Positions 12,240 to 24,850 of a DNA stretch of 64,000 bases are shown one piece after another. Origin of the DNA: Vicugna vicugna. Its lineage: Eukaryota. The stretch spans positions 9,688,176 through 9,752,175 of the forward strand of contig MU058636.1 of assembly GCA_013265495.1 (NCBI GenBank), in the 5' to 3' direction. The notes below the pieces were generated by a model. The model worked only from the letters and a program-made list of their open reading frames with translations. It made no database searches and was not told the origin of the DNA. Position numbers and translations under genes: made by a program. Within the stretch, counting starts at the first letter, position 1, and the number at the start of each line of letters is the position of its first letter.

Positions 12240-15010
12240 TCAAATTTCCATGTAAGTGGATACATTTCTGAATCTTTTTTGCATTCTTTTCATGGGTTTG
12301 TTTCTTCCTGCTCCAGTAACCAGTATGTCAAGTATTATGGCTTTATAGTAAGTCTTGGTATCTGGTAGGATGTTCCACTGTATTTTCTTCACCATAGAGT
12401 GCTTTGGGCATTCTTGGCTTTTCGCTATTACACTTAGATTTTAAAATCAGCTTATACTTCTTAAAGAGCAACTGGGAGTATGGTTGAGATTACTTTGAAT
12501 CTATATATCAGTTTGGATAGAATTAATATCTTTATGATAGTAAATAATCCAACTCATGAATGTGTTGAGTTTTCCTAAGTCAGGGTAGTTTCAGTGTCCT
12601 TTAGAAAATTTTAAAATTTTCTCTGTACAAACTAAGAATATGTTGGTATTTTTTCCCTAAGAAATTTACCATTCTTATTTATAGTGTAAAGGGTATCTAT
12701 TTTAAGTTACATTTTTAAATTATTGGCTGCAATGTATAGAAATGGAATTGATTTTTGTATGTTATATTCGATCCAAGCACCTAACTCATTTACTTTCAGT
12801 GATTTTGCCTTGGGTTTTCTGTATAGATATTTATATTATTTGAGATTAGATGACAGTTTTGTTTCTTTCTTTGCAATCTACATACCCTTTATTTCTTTTT
12901 CTTGCTTTAATATGCTGACTAGGACCTCCAGTACAATGTAACAGCAATGATAATGGACACTTTTCTTAATTCCAGTTTTAAGATAATGCTCATAATATCT
13001 CACCATTAAGAATTACGTTTGCTGTAGGTTTTCAGTTGATTAATCAGAGAGAAAATTCTTTATATTCTTAATTATAATGTTCTAGTTATTAATTATGAAA
13101 AAGTGTTGAATTTTATTAAATGACTTTCAGAATCTATTGAGATGTGCATATGGCTTTTTTTCTTTTATTTGTTAATGTGATAAACAACATTTATAGTTCT
13201 TCTGATGCTAAACCACTCTTGCATTCCTGGGATAATTCTAAACTGATCATATTATTTTATCTTTTTGTATAAACCGCTGGATTTAGTTTTATTTATTTTT
13301 GTATATTGACTAGTGACCTTGCTCAATTTACCTATTCTAAACTTTAAATCTAGATTTTTTGTGGACTTTATAGATTCCACACATAGTCTGTGATTAATGA
13401 CAGTTTTATTTCTTCTTTTTATCCTTTCTAGCTCTGTGACCCTGTGTAATGTTCAACCAGTACAATGTTAAAGTTTTGAAAAGAAGTGGTGAGAGTGATC
13501 ACTCTTGTCTTTTTTCCAAAATGTGGGGAAGGAAGGAAAGTTTTCACTAGGTAGATATTTTATAGATAAGCTTTATCAAACTAAGTTCCCTTCTGTTTTG
13601 TTATAATTATTTTATATCATGAATGAATATTAAATTTTATCAAAAATGTTTTCTATATCTATTTAGATAGCCATATGGTACCTTCCCCCATTATTTACTT
13701 AATGTGGAGAATTTAAAATATCAAAACAACCTTGCATTCCTATAATAAACCCAGTGGTCATAATGTACAATTTCTTTATATCTATCTCTTGATTTGATTT
13801 ATTAATATTCTATTTAGAATTTTTGCATCTATCTTCATGAGAGAAATTGCTCTGTAATTTTCCTTTTTAAAATGTCCTTTTCAAGTTTTGGTAACAAGGT
13901 TGTACTAAACTCATAAAACAAAGTGGAACATATTCTCCCTTCTTCTCTTGTCTGGAATATTTTGTGTAAGTTTGTTGTTGTTACTTCTTCCTCAGATGTT
14001 TAGAAGAATTCTAAGTGAAGCTAACTTACCTGGAGATGTCTTTGTGGGAAGGTTGTAAATTACACATTCAACTTTTAAATAGATACAGGACTATTCATAC
14101 GGTCCACTTCCTCTTGTGTCAGTTTTGATCAATTCTATTTTTCAAGGTATACATCCATTTCATCTAAATTTATTGTCATCTTTTTAAATGTCTGTGGACC
14201 TAATATTAGTAATTTGTGTTTTCTTTCTTTTTTGTTTGTTAATCTTGCTAAGAGTTTAGGCTTTGCTAGTCTTTTCAAAGAACCTGTTTTTGACATGATT
14301 ATCTTCATTTTATGTTTATTCTCTATTTCATTGATTTTTTCCCCCCTCTTTCTGTATTATTTCTTTCTTTCTACATTCTTGGTATTTCATCTGCTCTTCT
14401 TTTTCCTCCTTCTTGAAGTAAAGTTTATATCATCTTTTTTTAGACTTTCTTCTTTTGTAATATATTCATTTTAATATGTTCATCTGTATTTCCATCTAAC
14501 ACAAACTTACCTATATCCATAACTTTTTATGTCATATTTTTAGTATCTTTCATTTCAAAGTATTTTCTAATTTCCATTGTGATTTCTTCTTTGGCTTAGG
14601 GATTATTTAGAAATATATTTCCAAATATATTAGATTTCCTAGTTATCTTTTTATTATTAATTTGGAGCTTAATTCCACTGTACCCAGAAAATATATATTG
14701 TATATCAGTCCTTTTCTACTTGTTTGTAGTTACTTTAGGTTCTAGCATGTGATCCATTTAAGTGAATGATATTCCCTGTGTCCTTGAAGATGATGTGTTC
14801 TATGGTTATTGGGTGCAGTGTTCTACATGTGTGAAAAGGATAAACATTGTTAGTCTTGTCAGATCATCTATAGTCCTGCTTTTTGACCTAAGATTGTATC
14901 AGCTTCTGAGATTTTTTTTTTTTAATTTTAACTATGATTATGGATTGGCTTATAATTCTTAGTTTTGTCAGTTTGTGCTTTATATGTTTTGAAGCCACTT
15001 CTACATATTT
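12240..15010 (-). mobile_element. Old L1 ORF2 remnants (L1M/L1ME-like), at least two overlapping segments
   Basis: T-rich antisense L1 motifs such as ttgagattactttgaatctatatatcagtttgg, ggacctccagtacaatg, tttttgcatctatcttcatgagaga, tttctaatttccattgtgatttcttctttg. Confidence 0.85.
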
Positions 15011-15986
15011 AAATTTTATTCATTATAATTTTTTTTCTTTGAACCATTAATTACTTAGAAATATGTTTTTTGCATTTTTGCTCTTAAAATTTTTAGCAAG
15101 GGAATTAGGCAATAAAATTTATTTTTATTTTTATTTTTATTTTTATTTTCTTCTTTTAGAAAGAATAATTGATGATGCGGTAGATTTCTTTCTGCCGTGC
15201 TCCTTTGACGTACCACTCTTTGTGTTCTACTCCATGGTTATAAAAATAAACTACCAATTAAGCTGATGTATAAACTAGTGGCAGCATCAGTCACTTTGAT
15301 CCCACAATAAATTAAGTAAATCCTCACTTTCCGTATTTTCTGTCCTTCTCTCTCAAACCCTGGGTTGGGTGACTTCGATTCTGTTGGCTCTTGCTGATTT
15401 TTGAATACCAGCCTATGACTTTAATCTCTAAGACATCTTGGTGTCTTAGATACTGGAGGTAATCTGATTTTATTAACCAAAATGACCTCATCTCACAGTG
15501 AGCTATGTTACATAACCACGTTAACAAGTATAAGCAGGTAAGTCACTTTGATTTCCAGCTCCCAGGTGTTTGAGGTGGTAAAAAGTGAACCCTTTTTATC
15601 ACTGAACATGGCAACATTCGTTCTAGATAGTTTCTTGAACAAAATAAGGAGGTAGTTTTCTTGCTTGGTGGACATTCTGCTGTTTATAAAACTATCCATA
15701 ATCTGAAGCATAAACTTAAACTGAGTTTCACATTAGTTTATATCCAGTAGCGTCTGAGAATTTTTCATGGAATTTTGGTGGTCGGCAAAGAAATTATTGG
15801 AATGAAAATATCACAGCTTCTGTGCTGGGTGCAGACACTTGCTGAGTGTGATGAAGGAGTTACTCTCTAACTGAGCACATGTTCTGAGCAATTAGGCCAA
15901 GTGCCAAAACCATTAGGGCTCAAATGCCAAGTGCCCGGAGGGAGGGTTCTGTTTCAGGGTTTAGCAACCAACCCCTGGCTCACTCA

Positions 15987-16001
15987 CCAGAGGGTGGCGC
16001 T
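15987..16001 (+). promoter_or_regulatory. Candidate CTCF site
   Basis: CCAGAGGGTGGCGCT matches 13/15 positions of CCASYAGRKGGCRSY and lies in a CpG-richer unique patch. Motif evidence only. Confidence 0.3.
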
Positions 16002-18589
16002 CCAGACTTCCTGATCGCCGTGCCAGCCTGGCTGAGACTTGGCAGCTGCCTCCCGGCCACCACCGGCTTCTAGACACTCTCCCCCGCGCTGCCTCTGTCC
16101 CCACTCTTCCTGCCCATCCGCCCTCCACCTGCCTGCCACTGGTGTGGTGGGTGCGCAGTTGGAAGCACCTTACAAGTGGACTCATGACACCAGCTGACGC
16201 ATCGCGTTCACCTTTCCTGTGCCTCCATCTCCCCGAGCCCCTTCTCCAGCTTGGCAGCTCGCAGGGAGAGGGCTGCCAATTCCTGTTTCATAACATTTCA
16301 AGGGCTCCATTCTGAGGCTTCTGGAGTATTCTGGCACTCAAGGAAACCGCACGGGGTGCGAGAGGGACAGCCACACGGGGGATTGCGGACATCCAGGCAC
16401 CCCTGGCCTGCACCCAGAAAGACCTGGGGAAACAGGGAACAAGAGTAGCCTTTGTAACTCCTAAATTTTATCACGATGAGCTGAAATCTGGTTCTGTCTC
16501 TTCCCCATCCTGCCCTGTCTCACAATACACCCTCCCCAAACCAAAAAAACAAAAAACAAACAAAAAAAAAACCAGAGCAGTGCAACTTCTTAACAATTTG
16601 ACTTTTATCCAGAACTGAGGCTCTTTATTTGTTAGAGCTAAGCACTTGGTCCAAGATTTTCTAATTCTTGCTGTGGGAACTTGAATCAGCACCCCCTCCC
16701 CAAGCCCCCATGGAAGAAGCAGATGGGGATCTTGGCGAGGTTCTGAAGTCCAGGACTTGGACAGGTTGAGAGTCCTATTCATCAGGCTGAATTGCTTGTA
16801 ATTAAAAAGCTTATCCTCCTCCTTTTTTGCACTTCTGAACTTATCTGAGGAATCAAGAGAGTATTTAATCATGCATAGAAACAAATCTGCATTAGAAGTC
16901 AAGGGCTTACAGCAGAGGTGAGTCACGCAGGCTGATGAGGGCGATGGGGCACCGTCAGCGTTCTCGGCACGGGGTAGGGCTGGGGCGTGCAAGCCTGCTC
17001 TCTCCCCTTCCTCCTCTGTTTGCCGTGCCCCATCCTTTGCCTAAGCTACGCCTACGCCGAACGCTCATGGACTGTGGGATTCTGCAGCAGGTTTGGGGTC
17101 TTATTAGCGACCCTTACTGACACCATACTGTTCATGTTTATCTTCTTTCTAATACTGAAAAGAAAATCACTCGTTAGTCTCGACATTTTTTGTGTGAGCG
17201 TTCTGAGGCAAAACTTCACTTTGCACCTATGTTGTGCTGATTGCCAAACTCAGTGTCTGTTAGAAACTTAATAACAAAGTGAGGCATGATCACTTGTGGC
17301 TCTTGGGATAATAAACTCAGAGTTACCTTCAGGAATACCGATTTTTTTTTCTTTAAAATGTTCCAGAAGAGGTGAGAAGCTGGGGTCTTCTCCCTTTAGG
17401 AGCTCTTGAATGGGGCATTTAGGTTTGGAGGGTGGAAATGGAAGCACTGAGGTTGGTGCACCAGCTGGGAGGCAGGAAAAGCGCTGTTGCCCTGTGTGTT
17501 AATGGGGAGAGCATCTCCTGGTCTAGCCGGAGCCTGATTGTGTGCACACTTCAAGGGGGGAGAGGGAGGCGTCACTTGTAGGGGCTTCCTTGCAGGCTGG
17601 CTTCTTGGGAGTGTTTCCCCCTGTGGTCACTCTCTGATCCTCAGAATCAATCCCTGTTGCACAGGCAGACAGCTCCAACTTCCCCTCTGAATTCGACCAC
17701 GAAGGCATGAAAAGTGCCAGTTGTATAGCTTGCTTGGTAGCCATGCCAGGACGAACCCTGAAGGCAGTGGAAGGACAGGGACCTTTCCGCTACAAGACTA
17801 GAGCTTTATCTTCCAAAATGGAGTCGCATCAGTGGGAGATGAGACCTGGGTACCACTAGTCAGTCCCAGTTCTGAGCCATCACTGTGCAGAGCAGCCCCG
17901 CGCTGCAGCTAACCCGTCCTTCAGGGGACTCCACGTCCCCAAGGGCTCCTCCAACCCAAAGGCACAGGTAGTCACTCCCAGATCACTCCCACTCACATTC
18001 ATTTATGCCATTTTATTTTTTTCTGGCAGTTTAACACATGTCTGCCTGTCTTCCTCCTTCACACCCAGGCACAATGAGATTTAGTAACCCATTTTAATGA
18101 GGCAATTATATTTTACCTCTATTATGTGCAATTATCCACTCACTTAAATTGCCTCAGTGGGAGAGCCTGGTGTGGATGTCCCACTGGCCCCCGGGGCAGC
18201 TGGGTGGCTGGGCCTCTGAGCACTGGAAAAGGACACCCCCACTGCCCCTGCTGCTCTCCAAAGGTGGCCTAGTGCTGCCACAGGGAAGGGACAGTGGCCA
18301 TTTCTGGCCCACCGAGTGGAGCTCTTGATTGCTGTGGGTGGCCTAGATCTTTCTCATCTGCTTTGCTGTGCTGGCGGGCTTGTTTATCCAGGCCCCAGAG
18401 CGCCAAGTACCCTTCTAGCTTTCTGGCCCTTCCAGGGCCAGAAAAACAGACTTGGATTATCAGGGCCATACATCTTGGTCTGGTGTTTTTTTTCTACAGT
18501 CATCTAGGATTTAGGTACCCAGGGGTGGGGTGGAAGGCGGAGGCTCCTGTGTACCCAGCCTACCTTTGCTGGTAAGTCCTAGCGTTAAC

Positions 18590-19290
18590 TTTTAAAAAGA
18601 AGGTTTTACTTATGTGATGTCTACTTTGTTCAAAGTAAAATATGGCAGCAAGATGCGTAACAAAGCAGTGACCGTGGACTTAGCTACCCAACTTAATAAC
18701 TAGAACGTTCCCAATACTTCTGCATCCAGCATGGCTGCTTGTTCCAGCCTCACCTCCCTTAAAGGGAGCCGTTAGCTTGGATTTTGTTGCTACCTTTCAC
18801 TTGATTTTTTAAGTTTTATCACCTATAGATCTTCATTTGTTGTTTGTTAGCTTTGCTTACTTTGAATTTTACTGAAGTGGTGTCATTCCATAGGTGGCCC
18901 TTCCATAACTCACACTTCTCTACATAGTGTAATGTTTAAAATCATCTTTGCAAGTCCATCGAGTTGCGGTTCTTTTACATGCACTGTTGTTTAACGTCCC
19001 AGTGTGAGACGAGTTATTTGTTCATCCTTCTGTCCAATGAACTTTTGCTTTTCTAGATTTTGTTTGTGTTTAGTTTTGCATTGTGAACGGTGGTTCCCTA
19101 ACATTCCTGTGTACGCATACCAGTGCAAGCGCATGAGAATTTCTCTATCTCGGAGCGGAATTTCTGGATTGTAGAGCATGCAAATGTTCAAGAGTATAAG
19201 AGAGTGCCAAATTGCTTTCCAAAATGGGTGAGCCAGCTTCCCTGCAGCCAGGCAGTATCTTTTGCAATTTTCCAGGTTCCCAACTGTCTA
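18590..19290 (-). mobile_element. L1ME-like 3' region fragment
   Basis: Antisense L1 3' motifs: ggagcggaatttctggattgtagagcatgcaaatgttcaa, gtgccaaattgctttccaaaatgg. Confidence 0.65.
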
Positions 19291-19299
19291 TGTCCAATG

Positions 19300-19430
19300 T
19301 GACATAATAGTTAAGAGCTATTTTTAGATATGAATTCCAGTTGTTGGCTGCGGGACCTTCGAAAAATGAGTTGATCTCTCTAAACCTCAGTTATCTCATC
19401 TGCAAAGTGGGGGAACTACTTGAGTACAGT
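19300..19430 (+). mobile_element. MIR SINE
   Basis: MIR core ctctctaaacctcagttatctcatctgcaaagtgggg. Confidence 0.75.
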
Positions 19431-22400
19431 AATATCTGGGAACTGAGGTCCAAGTCTTCTGTCACCGGATCCAGGGCCTTCCGCACTGCCTCGCCATGCC
19501 TTACTGTGTAATGCCCCACAGTGTGTGTTTATTCATTTTTCCTTTCTATATTATTTAATCCACTTGATTATATTAAAACAAAAAAGAAATCCATTTGTGT
19601 CTCCAGAGGGGGCTATAGCCATTAGCCAGCATACTGAACAAAGTTTGCTGTCAAATTTGATGGTTCAAGAATTAATTCTAAAATGCTTATTCCTAATGAA
19701 AAAGGCTTAAGATCACGGGCTTTAATTTCTCCCAGTTGGGTTTTAATTACTGAAAAGTTTGGTGACAACCGAAGCGTGTATTTCCTGCAACTTCATTGCT
19801 GGGAGGCTTTTTTACAAGAATTTCCACTGCCTCGCTGTCTTCGCCTCTTGTTTCTACAAGACCTCACTTGATAATGTTAATCATCTTTTCAATGTTCACT
19901 GTCACCAAAACAAAACAAAACAAAACCCTCTGTGTTCTCTGGGGCTCAGGCACTGGCTGCACCTCATGTCATCCGTAGCTGCGGCTCTGACAGTGCGGGC
20001 GGAGCTGTGGCTCTGCTGCGGGCCCCACCACCCACGTGGGCGAGCAAGAGGATGGCCCTGCCACTGCCTGTGGCATTCCAGACAAGGCTGAGGGACGAGA
20101 CCCACCCCGATTCCCAGTGACTCAGGTCCCATCCTGCCCTCGGACTCTCACCCGGCAGGTCACAGATCCAGTAGTCTGTCTGGCTTACTTCCCACAGGTG
20201 CTGAAAGGCACTCGCCCTGCAGGTCACCTTGCTTCTCTGTACATCGCCTTGATGTCGAGCAAGCTCAGCCAGGTGTGTTTGTGCCGGCGGCATCCAGATG
20301 GAGGTATAGTGGGGGGTGAGCCTCGGCCTTGCCCCGGGTCTCCCCAGCGAGACCCTGCCCTGCTGTCGGTCCTGTCGCACGGTCATGACAGCGAGCTGTG
20401 ACTAGGTGCTGGAGCACGGAGTTGAGGAAGTGTGTTGGCCCAGGTTTTGGTCTCTGCAGGACAGTCCCCATCTGTGCCCTGATTTGGGCTGTTCTCTTGG
20501 GGGAGTAAACACAACGTCACCAGCCCTTTCCTTCCTTACAGACATGGTTCTTGCCCTCAGGGCGCTTGTGGTCTTTGCTTCCTCAGCTCTCTGCTGTTTG
20601 AGGGCAGGAGTTGGGCCTCACGTTGGGTTTGTTGCAGGGACCCCAGCCCCTGAATAGTTGAACTGACTTGGTCACTGAATGTCAGAGGAGTTCTCAATGA
20701 ACACCTGAAACAGACTTTTCTAAAGTTGCTCCCCGGCACTGTGGAGTCACACCATTTATCACCTATTTCCTGGCTCGGGGACCCTTCTCCCACTCCCCTT
20801 GTTGGCCTGAGATCTCAGTTCTTGACCTCTTACGGATGGTTCCGTACTTGACCCCCCATTACCGTCTCTTTAGAAAACAGAAAAATGTCCCTCTTGCAAT
20901 TATCTTGGGCCCTCTTGCCCCTGTTGAGGAACTGAAGGGTTTTCCAAAGCATCCGTGTTGGTGAGGCGGCTTTCCCCAGTGGCAGAGCAAGGATCAAAGC
21001 CAATTCTGCCCCTCTCTGCTCTTCTTACCTCTCCACTCTTCCTCCATCCTCGCTACAGGAAGGGAAAAATAGCAAATCCGTCTCCAAGGCAACCAGAGGA
21101 AGGAGACTGGTCTTCCCAGGGCGCAGCTCATTTGGGATATTTATATATGCTTGTTTCTCGGGAAGAATCTTTGGGCCCGGGTTGCAGCGGCACGGAGCGC
21201 TTTCCAAATGGACTTCCCTGGCTGGCTGAAGGGACGGAGCTTCGTGCGATCTGGAACCCCTGACTGTGAGAGCCTTGCGCCGTGGAGCTTGCTTAGGAGG
21301 TTTCCGACAGAAAAAGAGAAAGATTTTGATGCCATTTATACGTTTTTCCACTAACAACCAAAGAGGCCAGGGACACCATGATTTTCAGTAATTAGAAGCT
21401 GATTATCCATTTCCACCTACGCTTTGATTAGAACCAGAAAAAAAAAAAAAAAAACTCTGACCTGAAGATTGTCTGATTTGAGGTGGGCAGTGCCTAGTCC
21501 GCGAAGAGCTGGGCCACCATCTCTTACCCGTTGTCTAGAGCGGGCATCGGAATGCAGAAATTCTGCACCAGCCTGACTTCAGTCAGGGTTCTTTTAAGGC
21601 AGGTCATTTTGTAAAAGCATCCACCTAATAATCCTCTGCTTATTATTTAAAAGTAAATGCGTTCCTTAGAATAAGAAATGCCGTGGCAGCCCGTGTGAGA
21701 CTTACCCCTGTACTCCAGTCTAACGTGAAAATGGAACTTACGAATCCATTGACTTTTCGGTTTGCTCCATGATCTCTAACTATTGTCTGAAACGAACCCA
21801 AGAGCTCATCACAAAAGGGAACATAAAGGTTGTAAGAAGTTTGGGTCGATGAGTGTGGAAAGGCTAGGTGAACACCCACACATGTGCGGTGAGAGCTGCG
21901 CGGACAAACCCCAAAGCGGTCCCTGAGTTCCCAGAGCGAGATTGTCCAATTGCAGGAAAGGGCCCAGCCAGCTGCTTCCCTAACCGTATTAACGGGGCAA
22001 ATCTGAGCGTGCTGTTTATAGAGCACACACCAGTAAGCCCCAATTTCATAGCTGTCAAAGGAAAGCTTAGTCTCAGTTTTCAGTCTCCTGTATTCTCTAT
22101 TCTTTCCTAAACTTCATATAATTTTAAAACTTTATAAATGTACATTTTGAAGGCTCCTTTCTTCTAACAGAAAGTTGTTTTTTGTAAATTGTTGCCGGTT
22201 GTTTCTGGTGTTTAGAACAGAATGTAACACACTCATTAAATAATGGTTTTGAAAAAAATCTGAAAACTATATTTAGTGTTTGGTGCTACTTATATTCTTC
22301 TCAGAAGCTCTTCTGTTTGATCTGTGGCTCTGAATGTTAAGAAATTTCTTTTCTATAGATTTTTATACTTCTTTTGTAAATCTTCTTTATAATTACTTTT

Positions 22401-22699
22401 TATCAGCTGTTTGGGGCAAACTTTTAAATCTTTTTATATCTATATAGTTTAAAAAGATGCAAAATTTGCAAAGTTCATATTTGCACATTATTGAGAAATT
22501 AATATGATTATATTCAGGAAATTCTGAGAGCGTGATTGCAAGTTCATTAGTAATGATTACGTAAAATAGGGGTTATGAAAATGCAAAGCCGCAATTATGA
22601 CACTGAAATATCAATGAAATATCAATTTAGACAGGGGGATAGGCATTTCCACTGCTTTCCCAGCCCCAGAGGAAGGTCTGCTTTTACTGAGAGGCCGTC

Positions 22700-22922
22700 A
22701 GGTGTGATGGGTAGGTGCACGGTCTGTGGAGCCAAGGCCTGGAGTCCCATCCTACCTCTGTCATCCGTTACCTAAGGCAGGTGACCCTGTGAAAGTAACA
22801 TAGCCTTTTTGTGCTTCATTGTCTTCACTGGGGAGATGGGGACAACGGTCTGGGGATTCAGACTACAACACATAAAAAGGGCAGAATAATGCATGGCACC
22901 AAATAAGCATTCATGGGGTATT
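22700..22922 (+). mobile_element. MIR SINE
   Basis: ggtgaccctgtgaaagtaacatagcctttttgtgcttcattgtcttcactggg...atgcatggcaccaaataagcattca resembles the MIR core and tail. Confidence 0.6.
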
Positions 22923-22938
22923 AGCTGGTCTTCTTTTC

Positions 22939-23066
22939 TTTTTTGTGGCAGGGAGGTAATTAGGTTTATTTATTTATCTATTTTTTGGTGGAGGTCCTGG
23001 GGATTGAACCCAGGACCTCGTGCATGCTAAACATCTGCTCTGCCAAGAGCTACACCCTCTCCCCCA
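22939..23066 (-). mobile_element. tRNA-derived SINE, camelid Vic-1-like, with perfect TSD
   Basis: The reverse strand reads ggggagagggtgtagctc...ttagcatgcacgaggtcctgggttcaatccccaggacctcca...aaataaataaacctaattacctccc plus an A tail (Pol III A/B boxes). Perfect 16-bp TSD agctggtcttcttttc at 22923-22938 and 23067-23082. Confidence 0.9.
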
Positions 23067-24519
23067 AGCTGGTCTTCTTTTCATTATAGTCACGTTGCTG
23101 TAATTTAGGTTGGAGAGGAAAAACACACAGCCCAATTATCTCTACCCATTTCATCCTTGGTACAACGGAAAAAGTTCTAGACGAAGAGTGAGGCTATGTG
23201 GGTTCCGGTCCTGGCTTTGGCTCACACTAGCTTCGTGACCCCCCTGTACATCCGAGAACTGGGTTTCCTCATCGCTAAGAGGAGAGGGTTGTGCTGGAGA
23301 CCCCGGTTCCCAGTCACCTCTAACAATCCTAAGATAGTGCTCACAAGGGTCAAAAAACCTTAAGAACTTGTTCTTTTTAATGTAGGATTGCATTTTAATA
23401 TATCAAAACAAAATAAAGCATCCAGATGCCAGCTAAAGTGAGAGCTGGAAATATTCTAAACAATCTTTTCAGAGATACTTCTGGAAGGTATTTTTTGGGC
23501 AAAATTCTGATCAACAAAGTTGGGAAAATATGATTGTATTTAAAAGGCTAAGAAAACAAACTGCAAGAGAATAGTAATATCAGCTCTTTTATTCTGGCCT
23601 CTGGCTTTGTTTCTAGGAACCATTCGACGAAACAAAGGGGCAGAGGGAGGGGGAGGGGGGCAGGGAGGGAGCAAGAGCAGGAAAGTATGACTTGTGTGTC
23701 ATGTGTGGCTGTTATTTTAAGAAAATGTATTCTGACCAATTTTATTCAAAGAAAAAATCAACAAACACCCAGTAGCAATCTGCCCCAAGATTTTTTTTTC
23801 CCAATATAGACCTAATCAAAATAATCAGGTTGTGTCAAAAAAGTTTCCAGTAAAATGGCTGTCTCTTATCTTTTCCAGTGTTGCTGTGAAATATGAGCCG
23901 CTCTGGAGTTGCCCGGCCCCCTTGCCTGGTAATCTTAGCAGAGTAAACATTAATACCGTGCATGTTTCCCCCTGGAAAAACGAAGGCGAACAATAGGAAA
24001 AGATGTAACAAATGTTTTGCAGCCTTATTATAAATATTTTATGAATGAATCAGAGAAATTAAAGATGAAAAAGCCCAGTAACCCTTGCCTGTACCCTCAT
24101 GTCTACTGCTGTATACTTTTAAGTGGTTTGTCTGGTGTAGTTTTTAGTGACTCAGGTTAAAGGAAATTTACCGCTTCCCTCAAAGCCACTTTCCAAGTGG
24201 AGACTATCTCTAGACCTGCTAGGAAAGTCTGACAAATTCCCCTCGCTTTGTTTGACTTTCTCATTAATCTCATTTGATTTAGCCTATTTAATTGCTTATC
24301 TTTAGTGTCTCTAGATTCTTCAGTTTTCCTTGTGTATTTTTTGTTTCTTTCTTTACTTTTCATTCAGCCTTTCCTCATTTTTTGCCAGGAAGAAAGCAGG
24401 CAATTTTTTTTTTTTTTTTGCTTGTGGATAGATGAGCAGTAACCATAGGTTTCATTCAACAAATTAACAACAACATGAACTGACAACTTACTACATCAGG
24501 TGTTGTGCTAAATCCTTTG

Positions 24520-24850
24520 TATACATTACCTCACTTATTAAGCACCTACTATTTGCCAGACACCAGGAATGCAAGGTTAAATATGATCCTGCAGCTGCTG
24601 ACGAAGAGCTTCCAACGTACTGGAAGGAACAATCACTCAAACAGACAATGCCAACATAGCACACCCAGTGCACCGGGCTATCTTTAGAGTATTGTTGGAG
24701 CATGAAGGATGAGGGTCCAGCAGTGAAGAGGAAGGGGCAAGGGCAGAGGTCAAGTGGAGTGGGAGGATGATACCCCAGATGGATGAACTCTAGACCAGAT
24801 CTTTAAAGAGTTAGAAAGGGTATGTGGCATTAGAGAGGATGGTTGCTCAA
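24520..24850 (-). mobile_element. L2 3' fragment
   Basis: cttattaagcacctactatttgccagacac is the antisense of the L2 3' end, followed by GA-rich L2-like sequence. Confidence 0.6.

Noticed and set aside
5640..15010. Convergent L1 pair as a long dsRNA hairpin in COG6 read-through RNA
   Set aside because: The elements are old, apparently of different subfamilies and heavily diverged. There is no evidence of transcription.
19759..20793. Cluster of overlapping ORFs on both strands
   Set aside because: GC-rich DNA has fewer stop codons. There is no recognisable domain or convincing exon structure.
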